Shown here in pieces: positions 9,611-18,393 of a stretch of DNA of 64,000 bases (position 1 is its first letter; the number at the start of each line of letters is the position of its first letter). A program made the position numbers and the translations under genes. The notes beneath the pieces are model-generated. The model saw nothing but the letters and a program-made list of their open reading frames with translations. It made no database searches and was not told the DNA's origin. The stretch covers positions 1,986 to 65,985 of the forward strand of contig DAOQRN010000002.1 of the NCBI GenBank assembly GCA_035355675.1. Direction: 5' to 3'. The stretch comes from an archaeon (GTDB lineage Archaea > Iainarchaeota > Iainarchaeia > Iainarchaeales > JAAZKV01).

Positions 9611-10489
9611 TTATTCATAATAAGTTGATCCATCAAAAACTTCGATATCCTTTATTGTTGTTGTTAGAGTTTTAGTGTAAGTTGTTGAAGATGTTCCAGA
9701 TTTAGAATAATCAAATGCCAAAGTTATTGTTACGTTTTGTCCAACGGATTTATTTAATTCAAATCGAGGGTTGTTTCTTGGTTGGAGTGAAAGTAAAACT
9801 TGTTCATTTGGTGCGAGAATAACTTCAGTTGAACCTAATTGTGAGTAATTTTTAAAAAACAGCACTCCTTGCCAATTTATTGTGTTGATAAGTTGGGTTT
9901 CATTAAATTTTACTGTTGTTATTTGAACATTTTCATTAAATTTATTTTTTATTATTACATTAATTGTATCATCAAGTATTTTATCTGTGGCAGTAGTATC
10001 AGAATTATTTCTTCCATAATATTTAAAATCAGTTATTTCAAGTATCCCTTCTTCAATAAGTTCACTTACTTGTACTACTTCAGTATTTATTTTAAAACTT
10101 CCAATAGGAATAATGGTTGCTTTAATTATTCCTAACAATTTTTTGTTTGTCCAACTTTCTTGCCCTTTAATATGAGTATAACTCGTTTTTCCTTTTTTAT
10201 ATCTTAAGGTTGTTCCATTTCCAGCTTTTGGAAAAATAATATCTAAACTTGTTTCTTCAGGGATTGATAAATCCATTTGATAACTTTTTCCTTCTTCAAG
10301 TCTTACTCCAAGTAATCCACTTAATGGGTCTTTTATTGTGTCTACATTGTTTTTATCAGTGCTCTCTTGTCCTGTTGTTAGCACTCCTGTTAGTGCTATT
10401 ATTACTACTGCTACGACAAGTATTGCTGCACCAATTATTAGCAAGTACTCAATTGCTCCTTGTCCTTTTTTTTCAATCATGTTGTTCAC
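9611..10489 (-). CDS. Archaeal type IV pilin-like protein (class III signal peptide, DUF361-type N-terminus) with a large glycosylated-looking extracellular domain
   Basis: The N-terminus MNNMIEKKGQ|GAIEYLLIIGAAILVVAVVIIALTG matches the PibD/FlaK substrate consensus. The body has many NxT/S sequons. Confidence 0.7.
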   Translation of the reverse strand: MNNMIEKKGQGAIEYLLIIGAAILVVAVVIIALTGVLTTGQESTDKNNVDTIKDPLSGLLGVRLEEGKSYQMDLSIPEETSLDIIFPKAGNGTTLRYKKGKTSYTHIKGQESWTNKKLLGIIKATIIPIGSFKINTEVVQVSELIEEGILEITDFKYYGRNNSDTTATDKILDDTINVIIKNKFNENVQITTVKFNETQLINTINWQGVLFFKNYSQLGSTEVILAPNEQVLLSLQPRNNPRFELNKSVGQNVTITLAFDYSKSGTSSTTYTKTLTTTIKDIEVFDGSTYYE

Positions 10490-10525
10490 TATTTAATTAT
10501 TTTTTCTATTTATATTCTTTTGTTT

Positions 10526-10825
10526 TTAGTTAGTTTCTCCAAATTTTTTTACTAGTCCGCATTCTTTACATTTTACAATAATGAATGGTTTTTCTTTTTT
10601 TATTTCAACATTTGTGTTTAAACATTTTTTACAGTATTTTGTTTTAAGTTCTTTTGGAATACTTACTTCGCATTTTTTACCAATTTTTGTAGCAATAGTT
10701 AAGTATCTTTTTTGTAATTCTTTGTCTTTTGTTTTTTCAGTAAGTTCAAATAGTTTGTATATTCTTTCAGTAGCTATTTTTTGGTAAGGTTTTAGTTTTT
10801 TTTCAAAATTTTTTTGTTTTTTCAT
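10526..10825 (-). CDS. rnp4: RNase P protein subunit Rpp21 (Rpr2)
   Basis: 99-aa basic protein with a C-terminal zinc ribbon (CKKC...x17...CKEC) and a basic helical N-terminus, typical of Rpr2/Rpp21. Confidence 0.7.
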   Translation of the reverse strand: MKKQKNFEKKLKPYQKIATERIYKLFELTEKTKDKELQKRYLTIATKIGKKCEVSIPKELKTKYCKKCLNTNVEIKKEKPFIIVKCKECGLVKKFGETN

Positions 10826-10882
10826 AATAATTAATAGAGTTAGAAGTTAATTAAAATTAGTGTTGTTGAGTTAAATTTTAAG

Positions 10883-10970
10883 TGCGCCCGCGTTGTTTTG
10901 AACGTCGAGTTTCGGCACGACAAAGCGAAGCAATATCTTCGTCCTGTTAGGACTCAATATAGCGGTTTAT
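10883..10970 (-). pseudogene. Degenerate tRNA-like element (remnant or pseudo-tRNA) that shares its 3' acceptor and T-arm end with the adjacent tRNA-Gly
   Basis: The 13-mer AAGTGCGCCCGCG (plus strand) occurs at 10880-10892 and again at 10977-10989. The first copy continues into a T-loop-like TTCAAAA but with a mismatched T-stem, and I found no complementary 5' acceptor strand. An internal hairpin GTCCTGTTAGGAC lies at about 10941-10953. Confidence 0.35.
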
Positions 10971-10979
10971 TTTTTTAAG

Positions 10980-11050
10980 TGCGCCCGCGGGGATTTGAAC
11001 CCCGACAAAAAGCTTGGAAGGCTTTTATGCTACCATTACATCACGAACGC
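10980..11050 (-). tRNA. tRNA-Gly (anticodon UCC)
   Basis: Manual fold of the minus strand: acceptor GCGTTCG/CGGGCGC with two G-U pairs, D-arm ATGT/GCAT, anticodon stem AAAGC/GCTTT with loop CTTCCAA, T-arm CGGGG-TTCAAAT-CCCCG, discriminator A. No CCA is encoded. Confidence 0.85.
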
Positions 11051-11159
11051 TGTTTAATTTCGACTGGACGGTTTATTGATAACGTGGCGTTATTTTCAGT
11101 AACGCTTAGTGGCTTTGCCACTTTATTAAATATTTGTCCTTAAATTGCTTTTTTAAATC

Positions 11160-11891
11160 TTGGCTTTTTCATTTTTTTCTCAATTTTTTTTGAGTAAGGT
11201 TTTATTAAGTAGTTTCTACTTTCAATTTATTATATTATTTTTTGGGGTGATTTTATTGGTAAATGGTTGTTTTATTGTTTTTGATGGGTTGCCTGGTTGT
11301 GGAAAGGGGACAATGATTAAGAGGGTTTTTGAGTATGTTTATGAAAAGAGCAAAAAGTATGACAATATTTTGATTACTGATGAACCCACTAATGGGCCAT
11401 ATGGGTTAAAGATTAGAGAAATGTTTTCAAAACAAAAATCTTCTGCTGATTTTGCTGACGAGTTATTTCAAGCATTTGTTGATGATAGGGCGTGGCATAT
11501 TGAGAATGTAATTAATCCTTGTCTTGAAAAAAATTTTGTTATTTTGTGTGATAGGTATAAGTATTCAAGTATAGTGTATCAAACTCTTCAAGGGAATGAT
11601 TTTGAAAAAGTTTTTGCAGCACATAAAGATTTTTTGGCACCAAATTTAGCTCTTATAATGGATGTTGATCCAGAAGTTGCTTATAATAGGATAAACAAAG
11701 CAAAAGAAGAAAAAAGAAAGGAGCAAAAAGATGGGTTTAGGGAACTTGAGTTTATTACAAATTTAAGAAAGGGTTTTTTGGAGTTGCCAAGTAAATTACC
11801 TAATGAAAATATTAAAATTATTGATGCAAACAAAAGCGTTGATAGTGTTTTTGAACAAATAAAACCTTTGTTAGATGAGGTTCTTTTCTGA
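11160..11891 (+). CDS. tmk: Thymidylate (dTMP) kinase; the listed TTG start is probably too far upstream and the true start lies near 11247-11256 (GTG/TTG)
   Basis: P-loop FIVFDGLPGCGKGT, DRY-like motif LCDRYKYSSIVYQ and a LID region, as in Tmk. The hydrophobic 30-aa N-terminal extension of the listed ORF is unlikely to be real. Confidence 0.8.
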   Translation: MAFSFFSQFFLSKVLLSSFYFQFIILFFGVILLVNGCFIVFDGLPGCGKGTMIKRVFEYVYEKSKKYDNILITDEPTNGPYGLKIREMFSKQKSSADFADELFQAFVDDRAWHIENVINPCLEKNFVILCDRYKYSSIVYQTLQGNDFEKVFAAHKDFLAPNLALIMDVDPEVAYNRINKAKEEKRKEQKDGFRELEFITNLRKGFLELPSKLPNENIKIIDANKSVDSVFEQIKPLLDEVLF

Positions 11892-11940
11892 AATAATTTT
11901 GTTTAGTAATATTTAAATTTAACAAAATCCTTAATTTTGT

Positions 11941-12846
11941 ATGGATTTTGATAGAATTGTTGATGCGGCTTGCAATTTTTTTTCTTTAAAGAAATTTTTT
12001 TGGTTTTTAACTCTATTTTGGTTAGCATTTCCAGTTCTAGTTTTTATTCCTTGGGCAATTAGTAAGAATTATTTTTCTTTAAACCTTGAACCGATAGTAG
12101 TTATTTTATTTTTTTCAATGTATTTTTGTTTATTAACTGGGTTGATTGTTTTACTTCAATATTTTTGTTTTAATAAAAAAATTAATTTTAATGTTTTCGA
12201 ATTAAAAAAAATACTATTAATTTTTCCTTTGGTTTTTATTGAATTGTTTTATGTTTTTGTTTGGAATCTTCATAAATCCTTAAGGTTCTCCCAAATTTTA
12301 TTGTTATTGGGAATTCCTTTGCTTAATTATTATTTAAATTTGAATCCAAATAATTTGATTAGATCTTTTTTTGTTATTTTTGTATTTTTTTATATTCTTA
12401 TGATTATTTATAATTCTGTAAGATTAATTTTTACTATTCCTATATTTTTTATTAAAAATGAATCTATTTTCCAGTCTCCAAAATCCTCTTGGGCTCTTAC
12501 TCATAATAAGTTTAACTCAGTTTTTATGGCATTATTTTTAATTTTTGGAGTTTTGCTTATTTTATTTTTGATTTGTTATATTATTTCTTCATTCTTTTTC
12601 CATATTGTTTTTAGTGTTATATTTTTGCCAAGAATTTCTTCTGAATTATCTATTGTTGCAGGCACCTTATTTGCTTTGGGCCCGGTGTTAGTTGCTTATT
12701 ATTCTTCATTTACTGAATTATTTGATCAATTGTTAAAGGATAATGAATCTTCAAATATTATTAAGAAAATTTTATCCAAAAAAGTTTTATCTACAAAAAG
12801 TAATAAGAAAAAAATTTTAAAAAAGAAATTAAAAAACAAAAAATAA
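11941..12846 (+). CDS. Polytopic integral membrane protein, function unknown
   Basis: 301 aa with 7-8 predicted TM helices and a K-rich C-terminal tail. No motif recognised. Confidence 0.5.
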   Translation: MDFDRIVDAACNFFSLKKFFWFLTLFWLAFPVLVFIPWAISKNYFSLNLEPIVVILFFSMYFCLLTGLIVLLQYFCFNKKINFNVFELKKILLIFPLVFIELFYVFVWNLHKSLRFSQILLLLGIPLLNYYLNLNPNNLIRSFFVIFVFFYILMIIYNSVRLIFTIPIFFIKNESIFQSPKSSWALTHNKFNSVFMALFLIFGVLLILFLICYIISSFFFHIVFSVIFLPRISSELSIVAGTLFALGPVLVAYYSSFTELFDQLLKDNESSNIIKKILSKKVLSTKSNKKKILKKKLKNKK

Positions 12847-12877
12847 TTTTTTATTAATTAATTTCTTTTTTATTTGT

Positions 12878-13102
12878 TTATCGTTTTCCAAAGCTTCCTG
12901 TCATTATTGATCCTACTGAAAGTATTGCTGCTGCAAGTACTGCCCAATTTGGATCTGGTGCTATTCCAAACACTAAATTACTTGACATACTTACAATGAA
13001 TAGTGTTGCTGTAAAAAACACTGTTGCAATTATTACTATAATTATTGATGTTAGTACTGTTCCCATCAAGAATCCGCCTATTACTGTTCCGACTATTCCC
13101 AT
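12878..13102 (-). CDS. Small two-TM membrane protein, function unknown
   Basis: 74 aa, almost entirely hydrophobic (MGIVGTVIGGFLMGTVLTSIIIVIIATVFF...). Confidence 0.35.
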   Translation of the reverse strand: MGIVGTVIGGFLMGTVLTSIIIVIIATVFFTATLFIVSMSSNLVFGIAPDPNWAVLAAAILSVGSIMTGSFGKR

Positions 13103-13129
13103 TGTTCATCAACTCCTTTTTTTATTGAG

Positions 13130-13201
13130 TGCGACCGCCGGGAATTGAACCCGGGCCCCGTCCTTGGCAAGGACGAATCATAACCACTAGACAACGATCG
13201 C
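13130..13201 (-). tRNA. tRNA-Gly (anticodon GCC)
   Basis: Minus-strand fold: acceptor GCGATCG/CGGTCGC, D-arm GTCT-AGTGGTTA-TGAT, anticodon stem CGTCC/GGACG with loop TTGCCAA, T-arm CCGGG-TTCAATT-CCCGG, discriminator A. Confidence 0.9.
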
Positions 13202-13265
13202 TTTTAATGAATGTGTTTTAAATTTTAAGTTTGTTAAGTATTAATTTTCTTAGTTTTATTTAAAA

Positions 13266-14987
13266 TTATATGTATTGTTTTTTTGTTAAAAATAATCCAA
13301 AAATTATTATTGCTATTGCAGGGAGTAGTGCAAATAATATTATTTGAGGGTTTTCGATTATTGTTTTTGTAATGTCTTGGTTGTTTTCTTTTTTTGTATC
13401 TATTTTTTGAACTACAGTAGTTTCTTTTGGTTCTTCTTGTTTTTCTATGATTTGTGTTAGTGGGTAAAAGGTTTGTGTCACTTTTTCAGTTTTTGTTTCA
13501 ATAATTATTTCTTGTTTTTGTTGGTTATTTTCAATTTTTTTTCTAAAGTTTTGTTTTGTAAATGGGGATATTTTTTCAATCCAATAATAATTTTTATCAT
13601 TATTATTAACATTGATGTCGATATTGTTTTCTTTGCTGCTGTAATTTGTTGTTGTTATATCAATTAATATTTCTTTTTGAGTAGTTATTGGAGTGATGTC
13701 GTTTATGACAATTTTTTCATCATCTTTTTGATTTCCTTGGGTGATAGTTATTTCTTTTGAGTAGGGGTTTGATAAACTATTAAAAGTTATGTTTCCTTTT
13801 GCAAGTTCATTTAGTTTTAAATTTATTATTGGGTAAATTGAAAAAGTAATATTTCCTTTTTCTTTAGGGTTTAAAATAATTGATTTACTTTTGTCTTGAA
13901 TTAAAATTTCTTTGTAATTTTCTCTTATTGTTAATGGAACAATTATTTTCTTTTCAGTAAGATTTGTCACGTCTAAAATTATTTCATTCCATTGATTTGT
14001 TTTAACATCAGTATTTTTTGTTTCAATTTTTACTTCATTAAAATAATTAAAATCAATTATTTCTATTATTGGGAGGGTTTGTGTTTGAAAATTAACGCTA
14101 GTTGTTTTTGGGTACGTTGCTTTTGCAAGGGATTGAGTTATGTCTTTAAATGAACCGATTTTTATGTGTGTTCCATCTACAAATCCAATTTCTCTAAATG
14201 TTGGATCGCTTGGCACCCACCCTAAATCTTTATGGAATATTTCTATCCATGCGTGATTTCCCCATTCAATTCCATCAAAAGTGATTCCAATAATGATTCT
14301 TGTAGGAATATTTTTTGATCTTAGTATTGATGCCGCAAGGTTTGCAAATTCATCACACACTCCTTTTTTTTCAAGTAAGGTTTCTATAGCAGATTTTTGC
14401 AACAAATAATATGTTTTAAAATCATCTCCTGTTGCGTATTCAACATATTCATTTACCCAAAATATTGTTTTATTTATGGAATCTAAAAAACTTTCATTAA
14501 TTAACTTGTTTTTTGCAAGTGTAAGTATTTCTAGTGAGTTACTTTCAACTTTTTCACTATCTTTTGTAAATTCTGTTATTTTTTCATTATAATTAGATAT
14601 ATTATAATCTGTTATTTCATGAATTTGTGCACTTGTTTTTATTTTGGCAATTATTTTATAATTAAAGTCCCCGTTTTCTGTTATTGTGAATAGTGCGTAT
14701 TTATTATCAAATTCATCATAAGTGTAAATTGGTTTTATTTTATTTCCGTTTATTATTAATTCTTCATTTATTTCAAGTATTTTTTGATAGGGTGTTTCTT
14801 GAAAAGTTAGTGTTTGAAATTTAACTTCTTCTCCTTTCTCTAATTCACTTATTCTTCCATTTCCTCCCAAAGTTATTTGTAAAGTCATTTCTGAAATTGT
14901 AGTCGGATAAATATTTTGTGCATAAATCGTGGTTGTTAAAAAAATCAAAATTGTTAGTATTTTTAAAAAATTTTTTGTATGTTGCAT
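13266..14987 (-). CDS. Secreted transglutaminase-like cysteine protease-fold protein with a C-terminal membrane anchor
   Basis: Signal peptide at the N-terminus. The transglutaminase-like core carries a Cys/His/Asp triad in GVCDEF...WGNHAWIEIF...WVPSDPT. A C-terminal TM helix (ILFALLPAIAIIIFGLFL) follows. Confidence 0.7.
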   Translation of the reverse strand: MQHTKNFLKILTILIFLTTTIYAQNIYPTTISEMTLQITLGGNGRISELEKGEEVKFQTLTFQETPYQKILEINEELIINGNKIKPIYTYDEFDNKYALFTITENGDFNYKIIAKIKTSAQIHEITDYNISNYNEKITEFTKDSEKVESNSLEILTLAKNKLINESFLDSINKTIFWVNEYVEYATGDDFKTYYLLQKSAIETLLEKKGVCDEFANLAASILRSKNIPTRIIIGITFDGIEWGNHAWIEIFHKDLGWVPSDPTFREIGFVDGTHIKIGSFKDITQSLAKATYPKTTSVNFQTQTLPIIEIIDFNYFNEVKIETKNTDVKTNQWNEIILDVTNLTEKKIIVPLTIRENYKEILIQDKSKSIILNPKEKGNITFSIYPIINLKLNELAKGNITFNSLSNPYSKEITITQGNQKDDEKIVINDITPITTQKEILIDITTTNYSSKENNIDINVNNNDKNYYWIEKISPFTKQNFRKKIENNQQKQEIIIETKTEKVTQTFYPLTQIIEKQEEPKETTVVQKIDTKKENNQDITKTIIENPQIILFALLPAIAIIIFGLFLTKKQYI

Positions 14988-15034
14988 AGTTAATTGAAGT
15001 ATTTAGTGTATTTAAAATTAGTGTTAAAATTTAG

Positions 15035-15107
15035 TGGGCCCGGTCGGATTCGAACCGACGACTCTCACCTTGTAAGGGTGATGTCATAGCCGCTAGACCA
15101 CGAGCCC
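15035..15107 (-). tRNA. tRNA-Val (anticodon UAC)
   Basis: Minus-strand fold: acceptor GGGCTCG/CGGGCCC, D-arm GTCT-AGCGGCTA-TGAC, anticodon stem TCACC/GGTGA with loop CTTACAA, T-arm GTCGG-TTCGAAT-CCGAC, discriminator A. Confidence 0.9.
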
Positions 15108-15262
15108 ATTTACAAATTAAAAAGTGGTGGTGTGTTTTTTTAAACCTTAACTTTTCTTGACTTTTAACTATTTTTATCTTATTTTCGCTTTTTTCATAAT
15201 TTTTACTTGTTTTCTTCATTAAAAAGGTTTATATATTAGTTTTTTGTTTTTCTAGTAAGAGG

Positions 15263-15736
15263 GTGATTTCGTTGAAAAGGCTTTTTTTATTTAAGATTGG
15301 GGACTCGCATGTTGAGCTTCCTAAGTTAATTGGTGGCTTTTTGATAATAGTTGCAGTTTTAATGTTAGTAAAATCTGGGGCTGTGATGTTTGATTCTTGG
15401 CAATCAGTTAGGGATTTTGATAATTGTGTAATTGATGCAGTTAGTTATGCTGATGATGGCAGTATAAATCCAAGTATTGATTATTTGGTTTCTGAATTAA
15501 AGGTTCAAGAATGTAAAAATTCTTTGTATCAAATTACGGGTGCACAAATTCCGGGGGGAGTTTATAATTTAACTACTCGTCAGGCTTGGACTGCAGTTTT
15601 GGGTCCAATTGTTCAGTTTTTTATTTGGACAATAGTTTTGTTGTTTGCATTATTTTTGTTTAACAATAATTCAATAGTTGTTCCTATCGAGCAAGTGGAA
15701 TTACCAGTTAGAAGTTTTAGTAAAAAGAAAAAATAA
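15263..15736 (+). CDS. Membrane protein with two TM segments, function unknown
   Basis: 157 aa with an N-terminal and a C-terminal hydrophobic helix. No motif recognised. Confidence 0.4.
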   Translation: MISLKRLFLFKIGDSHVELPKLIGGFLIIVAVLMLVKSGAVMFDSWQSVRDFDNCVIDAVSYADDGSINPSIDYLVSELKVQECKNSLYQITGAQIPGGVYNLTTRQAWTAVLGPIVQFFIWTIVLLFALFLFNNNSIVVPIEQVELPVRSFSKKKK

Positions 15737-15785
15737 TTTTTTAAAAAAGTTTTGAAGGGGAATTTTCCCCTTCATTTCTAATTTT

Positions 15786-17192
15786 TTATTCTATTGTGTA
15801 TATTGATACTTTTTCATTTGGAGTAATATTTCCTTTTCTTACCCCTATTAGGTTTTTGATTCCTTTTTTTTCAGCAGTTTCTACTAGTCTGTTTGTTACT
15901 ATTCCATCAAAGAGGATTGTTGTTATTTTTTTCTTTGATTTGTCGATTGTTTCAAGTAGGTCTTTTACATCTACTTCTTTGATTTTCTTTTTCTTATCGT
16001 CTAATAGTTTTGCTTTTGATTTTCCTTTCATTTTTGAAAAATCTTTTTTTAGTTTCTCAAATTCTTTTGGTAGTTCTACTTTTTGTTCCGGTAGTTTTAT
16101 TGGTGTTTGTGCGTTTATTTGCGGTGCTCTATTGAAGTTGTTTTGTCCGAAAGGTTGTCTAAAGTTGTTACCAAATTGTGGTCTTTGTCCAAATGATCTT
16201 TGTCCATAACTTCCTCTTTGTCCGAAACTATTTTGTTGTCCAAATGGTCTTTGTCCAAATCTTTGGTTTGGTTGTCTATTGAATCCACTGTATCTTTGGT
16301 TTTGTCCTTGGAAGTTTCTTCCATATTGTGGTTGTGGATTAAATCCTTGTTGTGGGAAAGGAGTTGGTTTTGTTCCTGGAACATATTTTTGTTTTCTTTT
16401 TAATGCTTGTAGTATTTCTTTTTGTGTTAATTCTTCAACTTCTTTTCCGTCAGGTGCTTTTGCTACAAAATCTATTTTTGTTAGGGATCCTAGTTTTGCT
16501 ATGTTTAGTTCTCCGCCTCTGTCTCCATCAGCAAGTACTGTTACTGTTTTTTCATTACATAGTGTAATTAGTTCTGCAGTAATGTTTGCTCCGTTCATTG
16601 CGATAGCATTTTTGATTCCGTATCCAAGTAACTTCAAAACATCAGCTCTTCCTTCAACTACAATTATTTCTTTACTTGTGTTTACTTCAGGTCCTGCTGC
16701 TAGTCCTTCGTAGTTTATTATGTCGTCAGCTCTTGCATCTTCTTTTATGCCTTGAGCCATTTCGTCACTTTCTACTCCTTCAAATTTTTGCATGTGTTTT
16801 AGTAGTTCTTTTGCTCTTTCTGTTATTGTTTCTCTTTTTTCTTTTCTAGTATCAGTTATTTTTAGTACTCTTACTTTTGCTTCAAATGGTCCAACTTTTT
16901 CTACAGTTTCCATTGTTGCTGCTAGAATACTTGTTTTTACTTGGTCTAAGGAACTAGGTATTACTATTTGTCCGCTTGTTGTTCCTTTTCCTTTTATTAT
17001 TGTTACTTCTATTCGCCCTATTTTTCCATTTTGTTGTAGTTCTTTTAAGTCCATATCTTGTCCTAGTAATCCTTCGCTTTGTCCAAAGATTGCTCCTACA
17101 AGATCTGGTTTTTCTACTACTCCTTGTACTTCATAATTCGCTAATATTTCATACTTTATTGTGCTAATATATGTTTTAGCCATAACTTTCAC
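15786..17192 (-). CDS. dnaG: Archaeal DnaG-type primase / exosome-associated Toprim protein, carrying a roughly 90-aa FG/RGG-like low-complexity insert
   Basis: The N-terminus EVQGVVEKPDLVGAIFGQSEGLLG matches archaeal DnaG, and the Toprim domain has EGRADVL...LADGDRGGE. Residues about 275-362 form a Q/G/F/N/R-rich repeat (FGQR x5). Confidence 0.85.
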   Translation of the reverse strand: MKVMAKTYISTIKYEILANYEVQGVVEKPDLVGAIFGQSEGLLGQDMDLKELQQNGKIGRIEVTIIKGKGTTSGQIVIPSSLDQVKTSILAATMETVEKVGPFEAKVRVLKITDTRKEKRETITERAKELLKHMQKFEGVESDEMAQGIKEDARADDIINYEGLAAGPEVNTSKEIIVVEGRADVLKLLGYGIKNAIAMNGANITAELITLCNEKTVTVLADGDRGGELNIAKLGSLTKIDFVAKAPDGKEVEELTQKEILQALKRKQKYVPGTKPTPFPQQGFNPQPQYGRNFQGQNQRYSGFNRQPNQRFGQRPFGQQNSFGQRGSYGQRSFGQRPQFGNNFRQPFGQNNFNRAPQINAQTPIKLPEQKVELPKEFEKLKKDFSKMKGKSKAKLLDDKKKKIKEVDVKDLLETIDKSKKKITTILFDGIVTNRLVETAEKKGIKNLIGVRKGNITPNEKVSIYTIE

Positions 17193-17311
17193 TTCTCCTT
17201 TTTTGTGAATATTTTTATTTTTTTTAAATGATTTTTTTCAAAAAAGTTTTTTTTGCTTTTTTTACTTTACCATTTTTTATTTTCTAAAGTGTTTTTTTAG
17301 AATTAGGTTTG

Positions 17312-17596
17312 TTAGCTTAAACTTGTTAGTTTTTCTTTTAACTTTTCACTATCAAGTTCTATGCTTACTATTTTTTGTTTACTTTTCAACCCTGACACTA
17401 TTAGTGTTTGGGCTTTAAATATCCGTGTTAATTCTTTCAAAATTTCTTTATTCGCTTTTCCTTTATCAGGAATGCAAGTGGTTTCAACATATAAGATACT
17501 GTCACTATCAACCCATTTCGCTTTAAATTCTTTTTTTCCTGTTGAAACATTTAATTTAATTTTTGTTTTGCTTAACACTAAACAAACCTTTTTCAC
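17312..17596 (-). CDS. DUF167 / YggU-family (UPF0235) protein
   Basis: 94 aa, with VKLNVSTGKKEFKAKWVDSD...PDKGKANKEILKELTRIFK...VSGLKSKQKIVSI matching the YggU pattern. It starts at a GTG. Confidence 0.6.
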   Translation of the reverse strand: MKKVCLVLSKTKIKLNVSTGKKEFKAKWVDSDSILYVETTCIPDKGKANKEILKELTRIFKAQTLIVSGLKSKQKIVSIELDSEKLKEKLTSLS

Positions 17597-17759
17597 ACTT
17601 TATAACAAAATTTATTAACTGGAAGGCATTTAAACCTTGTGATGGAACCAAAATCTCGCGGCTTGTTCATTAATGGTAAGGCAAGAATTAGTGGTGTTTC
17701 TACTAATAAGAATGCAAGAATAGTGGATTTATTGAAGTTAAATAAAAAATGATTAATTT

Positions 17760-18158
17760 TTGGTGATTTTTGTGGCTCATTATAATAAAGGTGCTAATGC
17801 TGAAAGGGAATTAATTAAAATTCTTGATAGTAAAGGTTTTGCAGTTCTTCGTGTTGCGGGTAGTGGAGTAAATCCTATTCCTTCTCCTGATGTTGTTGCA
17901 TTAAAATGTGGTAAAATTTTTGCAATTGAGTGTAAAGCATGGAAAGGAGATTATTTAGCAATTCCTGTAAAAAACATGGTTGATGAGATAAATTGGTCTA
18001 GTGTTGCAGGGGCTGAGTTTTTTATTGGGTGGAAAGTGCCTCACAGGGGTTGGTTCTTCTTAAAACCTGAACAATTCAGGGTAACAGAAAAAAATTATAT
18101 GGTTTCTCTAGAAGATGTTGAAAAGTTAGGTAAAAAACTAGAAGAAATATTTATCTAG
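17760..18158 (+). CDS. hjc: Holliday junction resolvase Hjc
   Basis: ERELIKILDSKGFAVLRVAGSG...PDVVAL...AIECK matches the Hjc nuclease core (E, D, E-x-K). TTG start. Confidence 0.8.
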   Translation: MVIFVAHYNKGANAERELIKILDSKGFAVLRVAGSGVNPIPSPDVVALKCGKIFAIECKAWKGDYLAIPVKNMVDEINWSSVAGAEFFIGWKVPHRGWFFLKPEQFRVTEKNYMVSLEDVEKLGKKLEEIFI

Positions 18159-18393
18159 TTTTGTCATTTTTTCTGATTTTGATTCATTTTTTAAAACCTC
18201 TTTTTTCTATTATTAGTATGAGACTAGGGAATGATGATATAATTAGTGAACTAAAAGTTCGTTTAGAGAAAGAAAAATCTTTAAGCAAGAAAGTTCAAAT
18301 AAAACAAGTAATTGATTTAATAAAAAAACTTTAAAATTTTTGAGTTTTATTAATTTTATTTTTTAGTAAAATAAAGATAATTTTATTTTTTTA

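Noticed and set aside
10880-10972. Nanoarchaeum-style split tRNA half for the tRNA-like remnant
   Set aside because: I could not find a GC-rich complementary leader or a matching partner half, and the T-stem is mismatched. A remnant or pseudo-tRNA is more parsimonious, but it was kept as a finding.
15031-15219. 62-aa minus-strand ORF overlapping tRNA-Val
   Set aside because: It overlaps a well-folding tRNA gene, and the GC-rich codons derive from the tRNA sequence.
16107-16370. Repetitive tttgtccaaa-type DNA considered as a CRISPR or tandem repeat array
   Set aside because: It is in frame within dnaG and encodes the FG/RGG-like protein repeat. There are no spacer-repeat periodicity or flanking cas genes.
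15796-17167. Seven ORFs overlapping dnaG (five plus-strand: 15796..16209, 16200..16403, 16279..16713, 16352..16567, 16792..17136; two on the dnaG strand: 16115..16384, 16976..17167)
   Set aside because: They are embedded in the DnaG coding region. Several arise from the tandem FGQR repeat DNA read in other frames.
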